A stretch of DNA of 33,115 nt from Catajapyx aquilonaris (taxonomy: Eukaryota). Location of the stretch: NCBI GenBank assembly GCA_000934665.2, contig KZ539117.1, forward strand, positions 1 to 33,115, in the 5' to 3' direction. A program made the translations under genes and the position numbers. The notes under the pieces were generated by a model that worked only from the letters and a program-made list of their open reading frames with translations, was not told the origin of the DNA and searched no databases. Positions 9,896-18,349 of this stretch are shown here, in pieces. How positions within the stretch are numbered: position 1 is the first letter of the stretch; each line of letters starts with the position of its first letter.

Positions 9896-11126
9896 TAATT
9901 GATACCCCATTATCAGCCCTTTAGGCTTTATTAGGGGGGGGGATTTCTCCCAATTTTTTTTGTCTGGAACTCTTTCCATTTTTACTATACTTTTTCATCG
10001 GAATTGAGGCAAGGATAGGTAAGGAAGGAAGCGGCTGTGGTCTATAATTAGGGTAACGACCCCGGAATTATCCTGCGATGACCATGGGAAACCACAGAAA
10101 ACCATGATCAGGGTCGCCGGCCTCCGGGATTCGAACCCAGGACCTCCCGATTAGCAGTCGGACACCATACCACTACACCACTACTGCTTCGGTGATAATC
10201 GTACAGTGCATATTGATATTTTCTGGTTAAATATTAGCAAAGAGTTAAATAATTGGCAAAAGTAAATATTTCTTGTATAGTGTGGAGTACATGACATTTT
10301 GGCAGATTCTTGAATGTCAGAGAAGGCATGGATAGCCAACGTAACTATAAGTATCTTGAGAAACTACCAGCTCTCCCTTGCACTTGCATGTTTCTCGCCT
10401 AACCCCTATGTATGCGGCCAAAAATCTGATGCTTCTGCCGCTCAGATCTCAACGGCTGCAGATGGGGATTTAGGACTTACTACACCACTGCGCTTATGGC
10501 ACATGATTGACCCCTCATGCAAGTTTCAGGCAAATTGGAGGCTACCACCCTTGGTCATTCCTTTGTTAGTCTGTACACAAAGTACACAAGTATTCAGCTC
10601 GGCCAACACACTAATCGCTGCCAGAACAAAGGAGGAACTTGCAAAAGGTGTGGTTAAGAATACGCAGTATTCAGGACCTTGTCTCCTCGACATAATAAGT
10701 TTCTCACTGGTCAAAGCAGTGCAAGACTCACCTCAGAATAATGAATACATTCAGCTGTTGGCTCTGAAAGTGTTTTACACTTTTTTCATTATTTTTATGG
10801 AACAAATGCACTATCCTTTCTTACAGTTTAGTCGACAAGTTTTAAACAGTTTTATCAGGCAGTTTACCTTCAGAACTACTATGATATGCTGCTTCTGAGC
10901 CTCTTGCTATTGTGGTCGAAGCCTTTGAACTGACGTCTGCGTCCTCATCATGATCATCGTCAGAATCAGATATCCAGTCATTTTTTTCCCATTTTTGCTC
11001 CCTCTCGTCAGAGCTGCCCTCAGAACAAAGATCAATGATGTGCGATTGGTCCAGGATTTTCTTCTTTGTCATATTTTTCTCGCTCTTCTTCAGCTGTTTG
11101 GCTTCTTCCCTGCCACTTCTATTCAT
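414..11126 (-). CDS. Gene A: uncharacterised ~1457-aa nuclear protein (SIM-like motif, AT-hook, coiled coil, unrecognised conserved domain, Q/P-rich repeats, C-terminal MYND-type zinc finger). Exons 11126-10868, 8465-7248, 4081-1248, 476-414
   Basis: ORFs 10842..11126, 7189..8502 and 1167..4154 join through phase-compatible GT-AG sites (GAAG|gtaaac to gatgcag|AT; CCAG|gtatgg to gttgcag|CT; GAG|gtgagc to ctttcag|ATATTGCAC). Exons 2-4 are homologous to gene C. Motifs seen: IIDLCSEGSSDE, PPLKKKK, RRRGRPKK, CRIC-x7-CRSC-x5-CSPSC-x8-H. Exon 1 and the true start are the least certain part. Confidence 0.75.
542..1225. mobile_element. Foldback/MITE with ~180-bp imperfect inverted arms in the last intron of gene A
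   Basis: agaataacagaccaggaataagc (581-603) is the reverse complement of 1151-1173; taaacccaagttactgtttctcctgtc (691-717) is the reverse complement of 1024-1050; similarity extends to about 542 and 1225. Superfamily not assignable. Confidence 0.8.
2250..2520 (-). repeat. 48-bp coding tandem repeat (~5.5 copies, unit like QRPGPVSQAQPHPVRQ) in gene A
   Basis: acagggtgcggtt recurs at 2311, 2359, 2407, 2455 (period 48). Confidence 0.95.
2810..3165 (-). repeat. 147-bp (49-aa) coding duplication, ~2.5 copies, in gene A
   Basis: aattcacctccagatatgacggggggtgg at 2836 and 2983; CNTTSxENLPPPVISGGEF twice, preceded by a degenerate unit. Confidence 0.9.
4285..4925. mobile_element. Old AT-rich foldback/MITE with ~150-bp diverged inverted arms
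   Basis: ccagatgaaaaa..ttctacagattccggttttgcaaaaatatacatttcaaa (4358-4423) is mirrored by tttgaaatgtggatttttgcaaaccctgaatttgtagaa..ttttcatctg (4782-4849). Exact termini unclear. Confidence 0.7.
5382..5699. mobile_element. PIF/Harbinger-type MITE spanning the assembly gap
   Basis: TIRs GGGGTCGTCCATAAACCACGTGA / TCACGTGGTATATGGACGACCCC; flanks ttc/tta; related to the 23546-23678 copy in opposite orientation. Confidence 0.8.
5441..5654. other. Assembly gap (214 N) bounded by poly-C tracts
   Basis: Run of N in the sequence. Confidence 1.
5941..6226 (+). mobile_element. tRNA-derived SINE, family 3 (poly-A tail)
   Basis: A-box-like tggcgccgcgg and B-box ggttcaatccc at the 5' end, A-tail, 12-bp TSD acttttcaatgt (5929-5940, 6227-6238). 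Confidence 0.88.
7556..7660 (-). repeat. 33-bp coding tandem repeat x3 (MAEIDEKELVK) at the start of the gene A coiled coil
   Basis: gccattttcacaagctcc at 7556, 7589, 7622. Confidence 0.95.
9641..10208 (-). mobile_element. Partial pogo/Tc1-type MITE (same family as 26809-27103), its TIR interrupted by a SINE
   Basis: Shares ttctggaaaaagtctgtta, gcaatgcac, cacggataatc and gataatcgggagta with the reverse complement of 26809-26975; the TIR end gtacagtg resumes after the SINE. Confidence 0.7.
9836..10194 (-). mobile_element. tRNA-derived SINE, family 2, (TTA)n tail
   Basis: Minus strand: caccgaagcagtagtggtgtagtgg..gggttcgaatccc head, body ggttttctgtggtttccc..accacagccgcttccttcc, long (TTA)n tail; homologous to 27942-28245. 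Confidence 0.9.
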
Positions 11127-11457
11127 CCTTCAAGGATAAAGAGTCATAGCATTAGATTCTACTAATTTTTACATTGCAAAATTATTAAGGCCTGAAAAAT
11201 GGATACTGGGGTTACCCTCTAAGCCAGCATACCTACTTTCTTCCGTACATGTAAACAAACCTGCATGGTGTAATCAGTTCATTGGGGCTGCATCTTTATG
11301 CTAGCGGCTATTATTTATTATTATTATTGCCATAAATACACTGTTCATCAGGGATCTGAGTTATGTGCGAATCCTGCTTACAGACTTTCTCGGGAATGTA
11401 ACACTAATCACACTGGGGACTTCCTGTACTTATAGAATCCTGATCTGCTGAAAACCT

Positions 11458-11647
11458 TGTGACGACCCAGGGTTCGCCCCGCGTCCGCCCCTAGCTAGCT
11501 CATACCAAGAAAACTAGGTGGGTTCCTTGAGCACTGGTATTTATTGACCTTCTCGGTCCCAAGCTGAGTACAGACTGGCTTTTAGGCTTTTACAACCTAA
11601 ACCCCTGGTGCCCCCACCAATAGGGTGGTCAGGGTCAAACCATTACA
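11458..11647 (-). mobile_element. Solo LTR (190 bp), gypsy-like by 4-bp TSD
   Basis: TGT..ACA termini, TSD acct (11454-11457, 11648-11651), AATAAA on the minus strand near 11540. Confidence 0.65.
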
Positions 11648-11697
11648 ACCTAACTAAGGGTCAGCAAGCACTTGTGTTCAAACAAATATGACAGTTA

Positions 11698-11910
11698 AAG
11701 CCGGTATCCACGTTAGAGTTTCTCTCATAAGAGTCCTCTTACGCGAGAAATCTTGTACGTCGAGACGGACTCTTTGTCGCCTCAGGGCCCCTCTTGTCCC
11801 TCTAAAAGGGGATTAAAGTTGAAAATTTTCAACTTTTCCTCTTTCCTCGTATCCGGGCATGCGCAGTTGGCTCCTCTTATGAGAGAAAACTCTTACGTCG
11901 GTACCGGCTT
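11698..11910. mobile_element. PIF/Harbinger-type MITE
   Basis: ~36-bp imperfect TIRs aagccggtatccacgttagagtttctctcataagag / ctcttatgagagaaaactcttacgtcggtaccggctt; TTA on both flanks. Confidence 0.85.
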
Positions 11911-12080
11911 TTACATCACAGTGTAGAGTGTACAGTATGTTCTAACTGAATTATTGCCTGTGTGAGTTTGTGAATTCTTCACTAAAGGTGCTCATATTTA
12001 AACAGTTACTTTGGGACAGTCACTCTAAAAGATTATCAATACCATTAGCTGCTAATATTAGGACAAATTGGTCAATCCTT

Positions 12081-12329
12081 GGGCGACACGGTGGCGGAGT
12101 GGTTAGCGCCACAGCCTTCCACCTCTAAGGTCCCGAGTTCAATCCCCGGGTCGGGCAGAGGATACTTATGTGGATAGAGTTTCGATGGGTTCTCTCCGTG
12201 TTCGCGTGGGTTTTCTCAGGGTTCTCCCATTTCCTCCCGCAATCAAAATCCATCACACGCAGGCAATGATTAAAGTCGGTTCACGAAAAGATGATCCCCT
12301 AAGAGGCCCAAGGCCTATCACGGGGTATC

Positions 12330-12399
<70 letters not shown>
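12081..12399 (+). mobile_element. tRNA-derived SINE, family 1 (V-domain-like core, (TTA)n tail)
   Basis: A box tggcggagtgg, B box gagttcaatcc, core gttctctccgtgttcgcgtgggttttctcagggttctcccatttcctccc; 15-bp TSD aattggtc(a/c)atcctt (12066-12080, 12400-12414); close second copy at 31148-31419. Confidence 0.93.
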
Positions 12400-12402
<3 letters not shown>

Positions 12403-12522
12403 TGGTCCATCCTTTGCACCTAATGTGGTCGGGTGAATGAATTCCAACCATTGACCTCAAGTGTCAGAAAGATAGAAAGGCAATACCTTACACTCAAATA
12501 AGTCAAAAATAAATAAATAAAA

Positions 12523-13350
12523 TTATGCCCTGTCCAGAAAAGGAGTCATTTTGGTTTGAACCAAGTGTTGGGATTCACTTGTCATTAGGTAAGTTTCAAC
12601 ACCAGCAACGTGATTGAAGATTGCATCCGGGATGTCAACGCGAGTGGTCAAGAAGCACCTGGGCCTTTCCATTGCAGAAAGTGCATCTCTTAAGCGGCGT
12701 TTACATGTGAGTGATTTGACAAGCAAAGCGGAGCGAAGTCTTCGCCGAACGACGTAACAATATTGTTTGAGGTGAAAGTAACAATCGATTTTCGCTTCAA
12801 ACAATACTGGTTACTCTGGTTACTCATCATTGTTATCGCTCGGCGCTGACATCGCGCGATCAAATCACTCACATGTAAACGCAGCTTGACTGTCATTGTC
12901 TCTTTGTGTTGCTCTTCCCCCACCTCTTCCCCATCAGTGCTGTCCTTTGAGTCATGTGTGCGAACCACATCGGTACTTCTTGGCGCCACCTCCGCAAGTA
13001 GGGCCTATATCTGAATCTGTCAACTCCTACGGCACACTTGTATGTCGTCATCTGCCGCTACAAAATCATGGAAGGTAACTTCATCTGTCACGCCGCGCCT
13101 GTGCTTTCAGCTACAGACCTCCACACAGACAGGTCGTCAGGGCCATCAGAGTCTTGGGTGTGTCCTGGTCACTCCCCCAAAAACAGATACTGCAACTTTT
13201 ACCCCAACATTTCGTTATATTGGGTTCAATACTAGTCGGGAAGCCACCTTTCGTTGTAACGCCTTACGTAATAACGGGATTACAAATACATTGCTCCTAC
13301 GTCTGGCCATCCGTTCTATCGTTATTCGTTAAAATCAGATTTGACCTGTG
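12523..13350 (-). pseudogene. Internally deleted Tigger/pogo-family transposon: probable 5' end near 13350 and frameshifted transposase C-terminus (about 13140-12523)
   Basis: With three frameshifts and the MITE removed it reads DDLSVWRSVAES/VTDEVTFHDFVAADDDIQVC/ELTDSDI/LAEV..DGEEVGEE..TMTVRDALSAMER..QTKMTPFL*, the pattern I recall for Tigger/TIGD tails (FxDFVxxDDD, LTDxDI, acidic tract, AL..L helix, QTx[IM]TxF). The 5' part has caggtcaaatct and repeated taacga motifs. Confidence 0.72.
12693..12886. mobile_element. PIF/Harbinger-type MITE inserted in the Tigger remnant
   Basis: TIRs agcggcgtttacatgtgagtgatttga / tcaaatcactcacatgtaaacgcagct; flanks tta/tga; excision restores the host reading frame. 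Confidence 0.88.
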
Positions 13351-13870
13351 TTCCAGAACTGGTGTCCATATGGAGGATAACCACAAAATGCTCTACCTGA
13401 CTGGCAGCTAATCCATGACTGCGATCCACCCTGAACACCTGCAAGACTCAGCTCGGCTCAAGACCTTGACGACAATGCTGGTTATTACAACACGATTCCT
13501 CGGCAATGTGGTCCACGTAATACGTCCGGAAGGGAAAGTTAGAATTATTAGAAAGTTCCAATGCCCGCAGGCCCGGAGCGTCTCAGGCCCGGAGAGAGGA
13601 GACAAAGTGGCGTTGCCAGGTGCAGCGCAGGTGCACATGTTTGAGCTTGCACCTGATCCAGAATCCAGATCCAAATGGACCAAAATGACCTGAAAACGAC
13701 TCATTTACATGGCAGCCATATCTGAGCAGATTCAGCAGGGAACACTCATGGCGGATACAATACCTAATAACTATAATCGCATTATAATATAATTAATAAA
13801 ATGCATGTTAAAAACTGTTAAGACCACTACTGCCATCTTCTGGGAAATGATCGAAACGCGGTGATCCAAC

Positions 13871-16800
13871 ATGGCGCTCTTCCCTGCTTATTCTGTGTCT
13901 GAAAATCAGCCTTCTGAGGACCAAAACAAAGGTAAGGACTGGTCATACAGCTTTCACATGCACGGTGCTGAATTAGGCTGTTTTCAGATTCGGATTGGGA
14001 CTGGCTGACCAGCACCAGCTATCAAGTGAAGGAGCAGAATGAGCCTGAAGAAGAGGCAAGGGAGGAAGATGATGCATCGAGTGCAGTACAAGAAGTCGAA
14101 TCGGGATCCACCGAGCCACACACGGAGCATAGGAAGAGGCACAAGGATGAGAGGCGTCACAAGCATCGAAAGAAGAAGGAGAAGAAGCGGAGGTCACGGA
14201 GCCCACGGAACAGGCCGCCACAAGTGGACGAGGATTTGTTGAGGCAAGTTGGCACATCATAGATTAGGAGTTAAATTAATATTTCTCAATTTTCCAGGCA
14301 GAAGATTGGAGAGTATTCAAAGGGCAAGGTGTTCTTAGAAGAAGTTGGCCTGAAACCAGAGAGTGCGTTCAGGGTTGATAGCAGCGCTGACAAGAATAAC
14401 CTGCGCTTCAGTTCGCTGAATGTGACACAGATTGCCAAGTACAAGCGCCTGTTCAGCGTTAAGAGGTGCAAACAACTGTGGCGGGAACAAGCGGTGCAGC
14501 AGAAGGCACGGAGGGAGCTGGTGGATGGTGATGGTGAGACGTATTACGTGGTGGATTCTATGGAGGGATACATGTCATTATCAGATGACCGTCAAAGAGA
14601 GGAGAAGAGGCAGGAACTTGATGAAGTGGCCGACTTCAACGCCAGGTTGCGCGAATCACCACGGGACGTCCAGTTGTGGCTCAAGTTTATTCATTTTCAA
14701 GATTCTTTTCGAGACATCCCACAGCAAGCTTTGGCGGAAAAGAAAATGGCTATACTTGATCGTGCCCTTGAGAACAACCCTGGTGACCTGGAGCTTATGC
14801 TAGAACGTATGCGAGTTGTGAGGTCAGGTCAAGATGCCAGCAGTGTGACAAGGGAGTGGAAGCAATTGCTTAGCTCAAACCCCACTCGAATTGACCTTTG
14901 GAAGTCATACCTTGCTCATTTGGAGACACACCTTGCAACCCTGTCAATTCCTAAGGTTATCATTGCCTATCAAAGATTCTTTTCAAAGATGACTTTAATG
15001 CAGCAACCACACTTCTCGGAAAGTCAGCGCCCAAAAAACTTGGAGCTAAACATTGTTGGAGGTCTTTTCAAATTATGCACCATGTTGAAACAGTCGGGCC
15101 ACACCGAGCGGGCAATTTCAACAATGCAGGCAATAGTGGAGATGAATTACTTCCGACCTGATTCAGTTCGCGACGAAAATTTGAAGCTATTTTTTGAGCC
15201 ATTTTGGGACAGTGGGGTCGCCAGATTTGGTGAGAGGGATGCCCTTGGATGGAATAAGGTCATGCAGCAGAAAGATAGCACCACACCTGGTAACAATGAC
15301 AATGCCATTCGCAAACTTGAAGAAGACATCCTGGATTCGACTAGAACTCTTCCTGAGAAGTGGGTCCTGTTAGAACGGCTTCGCGAGTCCAAGCAATGTT
15401 TGCCATGGCGTGTAGCGGTGTCCGACACAACTGCAGAAGACGAGTGTGAGGACCCATTGCGTGTTGTCATGTTTGATGATATAAGCCCATTTTCATTCTT
15501 GCTATCGGAACACCCAAGTATTCGCTTCAAACTGTTAGTAGGTCTGGTTAACACTCTTGTGCCATCTGCGGCCATCCTTCATGGGCATACTTGTTCTGTT
15601 GCTGGCCCTGGCATTGATGTGGTCCGAGGTTTGGATACTTTGGGTGGATTGTTATTCGTTGAGGATGTGTTTGGAGAGCATGTTGATATTGCATCGTCTG
15701 TGAAAAGAGAAGATTCTATCACTACTCATGTCTCTCATGACATTTATTGGTTCATGAATGTCGCAGACTTGTCGGCGGATCTCATCGACTTTGTTCGAGG
15801 TTTTGTGAAATCAGGTGCCAAAATTCTGGAAGAACCATACCGTACAGCATTCTTATCCCATTGGATTCACATAGAGCGCCACACACTCACTTCTGACTCA
15901 AAGAAAATGGTAAAAGCGATGCTCCGGGAAGAACACAATCGGAACAACCCTGTGCTGTTCTTGGAATATGCCTCCTTTGAGAAGAAAACTGATGCCATCA
16001 AATTGATTCAGGCAACAATCGACTCTGGCTCTGGATATTCAGATGAAATCCAGGCCACCCTCCACTGCCAGTTAGCCAAACTTCAGGCCTTATCAGGAGA
16101 CAGGTCAGGTGCACTCAAGACTTTGACACATTTGGCTTCAGGATCAGCGGAGTTTACACCCACGGCACAACTAAAAGCTCAGCGTCATTTCCAAGCAATG
16201 AAACCAGTTTCAAGGACTCTCCTCTACCAATATCCAGATGCATTTGTTGAATGGAATTTATGTAAAGCTCTGTTTTTGTATTTGCGTCAAGGGTTGGAAG
16301 CAGCGGCAGGATTTTTTGAGGACATGCTGAAGGAGGTGCCAACTAACACGCTGAGCGCAAGAATTAAGTTGGACGAAGCAGAGTTGTGGAAACACCTTGT
16401 TCGTGAGAAGGTCTGGGAGGCGTATGTGGGCGTGTGCGTAATGGCGGCAGAGATCAACCCAGGAGAATATGCCAGGTGGAGGGCTGTGGTTGGTCGTGCT
16501 ATCAGCGAGTATCCTGGCAATGCGAAGATTCTTGGAACAGTAATTAGGCATGAGGTAGGTTACATCAACTTGTACATAAGAGAATGTATGAAAAATAGTA
16601 TATGAATTTTTTGGGTAACTTGTACCATCTTATGCCGGTTTCTCGACAGTATACCTTTCACTTATTTGTTTTCATTTATTTCCAGCGGCAGTGCAGTGTT
16701 GCAGGCAAGCTCTGGCGCCAACAGATGTCCATGTTGAAAACGTGTGCTTCTCCCATCGTTCCAGTTTACATGTGTCTCCACTTGATCCGTTGCAGAGATG

Positions 16801-17174
16801 CGGAGGATTCTGGTTCCATGGGTATCCTTCGCAAAGTGTTGCACATTTTGGAACAGTCCACTAGCAATCCCATCCTCAGTGAGTGTCCGTTACTGTGGCG
16901 CATGTTGTTGCAAGCGACCAGAGCTACTGGGTGGAAAGGAACAAGACGTAGTTCTCCTTGGTACCTGGCCGTTCAGCACTGTCCAACTGTCAAGGCCATA
17001 TATTTGGACGCTGTCGATGGCAGTCCAGACGAAGTACAGACTGTCATGGATTTAATGACAGAGAAGCAACTTCACGTGAGGACGCCATTAGAAGAGGTGC
17101 AGCTAATGACCGAGGTGCCGGCGGTAAAAGAAGAGGAAGATGACCCGGATCCAGACCCAGATTCCCAAAACTGA
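13871..17174 (+). CDS. NRDE2: Nuclear exosome regulator / nuclear RNAi defective-2 homologue, ~1020 aa. Exons 13871-13931, 13988-14243, 14298-16554, 16686-17174
   Basis: N-terminus MALFPAY..DWL, K/R/H-rich tract, FRVD..D..N..F.SL...IAKYKR (MTR4-interacting region), FNARLRESPRDVQLWLKFIHFQD, KQSGHTERAIS..QA..EMNYF, FEPFWDSGVARFGE..ALGW, C-terminal HCP.VKAIYLDAV..DLMTEKQLHVRTPLEEV, all matching NRDE2 as I recall it. Exon phases sum to 3063 nt (1021 codons). Confidence 0.95.
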
Positions 17175-18349
17175 CTGAGTGCGAATGGTTTTGTACCTGA
17201 CATGAATTATGAATTAATAATAATAATAATAATAATTTATTCGTGAATTAATTATTATGCGATATTATCCACATTAAAAATATGCCAGGACATGTGTTTT
17301 GCACAGTTAATCTCGCTGTATAGCTGATAGCAGTTAGTGACCAATCGCAGCTACCAAATCGCGGCTACGCAATGACTGCTATGTTTGGCGGGGGGGGGGA
17401 TGAGGAGCGGCTGTGCTACTTTAGGCCCTCCAACTGACATAATCGGAAGAGGAATCGACAAAGAAGAGTTCCAGGAAGGAAGCGAGGTGCGGCCTCGGGG
17501 CGAGCACGGGGCGGAAGAGGGGCGTTCATGTCGGACGGATCTAGGCGCCTCCTGGAGAAAGGGCGAAGGTAACGCAGGTGGAGCGTCGGTGTGGTTTGGC
17601 CTCCCCCAGGAAGTGGCTGTAAGGTCAGGGGGGCGCAGCTGCACCTGTCCATTCAACAACCCCCAACCTGACCCCGCTTTGCCCCAGCCCCCTTTTGTCT
17701 CCTCCGTGGACATGGCCATTAGCGTGATTGGGGTTTCCTGGGATATTGATTCTCATGCTAGGTGCTGAGTGCATTACCTTGATGGCAGTGCAATAAATTG
17801 GATGGTACATTTTGCGAAAATAAAACCTGCCGAAAAATGTAATGACGTAATGTATAATCCAGTAGCAAATAGTGTGCTCAAATGTAGCTATGTTGCCAGG
17901 CCAGATGATGTCAAATGTGTCTGCAGGCAAATATTATTGCCTCTGAAGTCGGTCCTATCTTATTGAGGCCATTGCAAGAGAAAAAGGATTAATGCCAGGC
18001 CCAGAAGTGGATCACAAATGTGTCACATGTTAACGGACTGAAGGAGGGAATCTTGGCTGGTCAGAGTTGACACATGCTGCAATTTACCGCATTTTCTCAA
18101 ATTGATGGCATTTTACGTTATCAGCTGTGTAAGTCTGTGACTGGTTGTATTTGAAAAGGCCTGAATTATTTATTAAACTTAGATGCAATGCTCATCTTAC
18201 ATGTATTAGTGAAATTGTATGAAGCACTGTAGGCATGAAATGTGTAGAAAAATAACCCTGCAGATCTATATCAGTGCATGTTACAGGTATGTTAGGATTG
18301 GGCTAATATATTTGAATTGTGTGACTAATAACTTATTTTTATGATGCAG

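Larger units (their letters stand above)
9370..10575. mobile_element. Old foldback element with ~210-bp diverged inverted arms (about 9370-9577 and 10365-10575)
   Basis: ggaatgaccaggttggtagcctcctatttggctgaaacttgc..aatcatgtgccataa is mirrored by ttatggcacatgatt..gcaagtttcaggcaaattggaggctaccacccttggtcattcc. Confidence 0.8.

Noticed and set aside
12081..12155. tRNA genes at SINE heads (also 5941, 10194, 27942, 31419)
   Set aside because: Each continues into a SINE body and tail with TSDs; acceptor stems are not intact.
12170..12447. Poly-Leu / poly-Asn ORFs (also 9764..9979)
   Set aside because: Translations of (TTA)n SINE tails.
17400..17568. GC-rich ATG..GAAG|gtaacg segment as exon 1 of gene C
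   Set aside because: Phase-compatible with the micro-exon but no clear similarity to gene A exon 1; kept only as a possibility.
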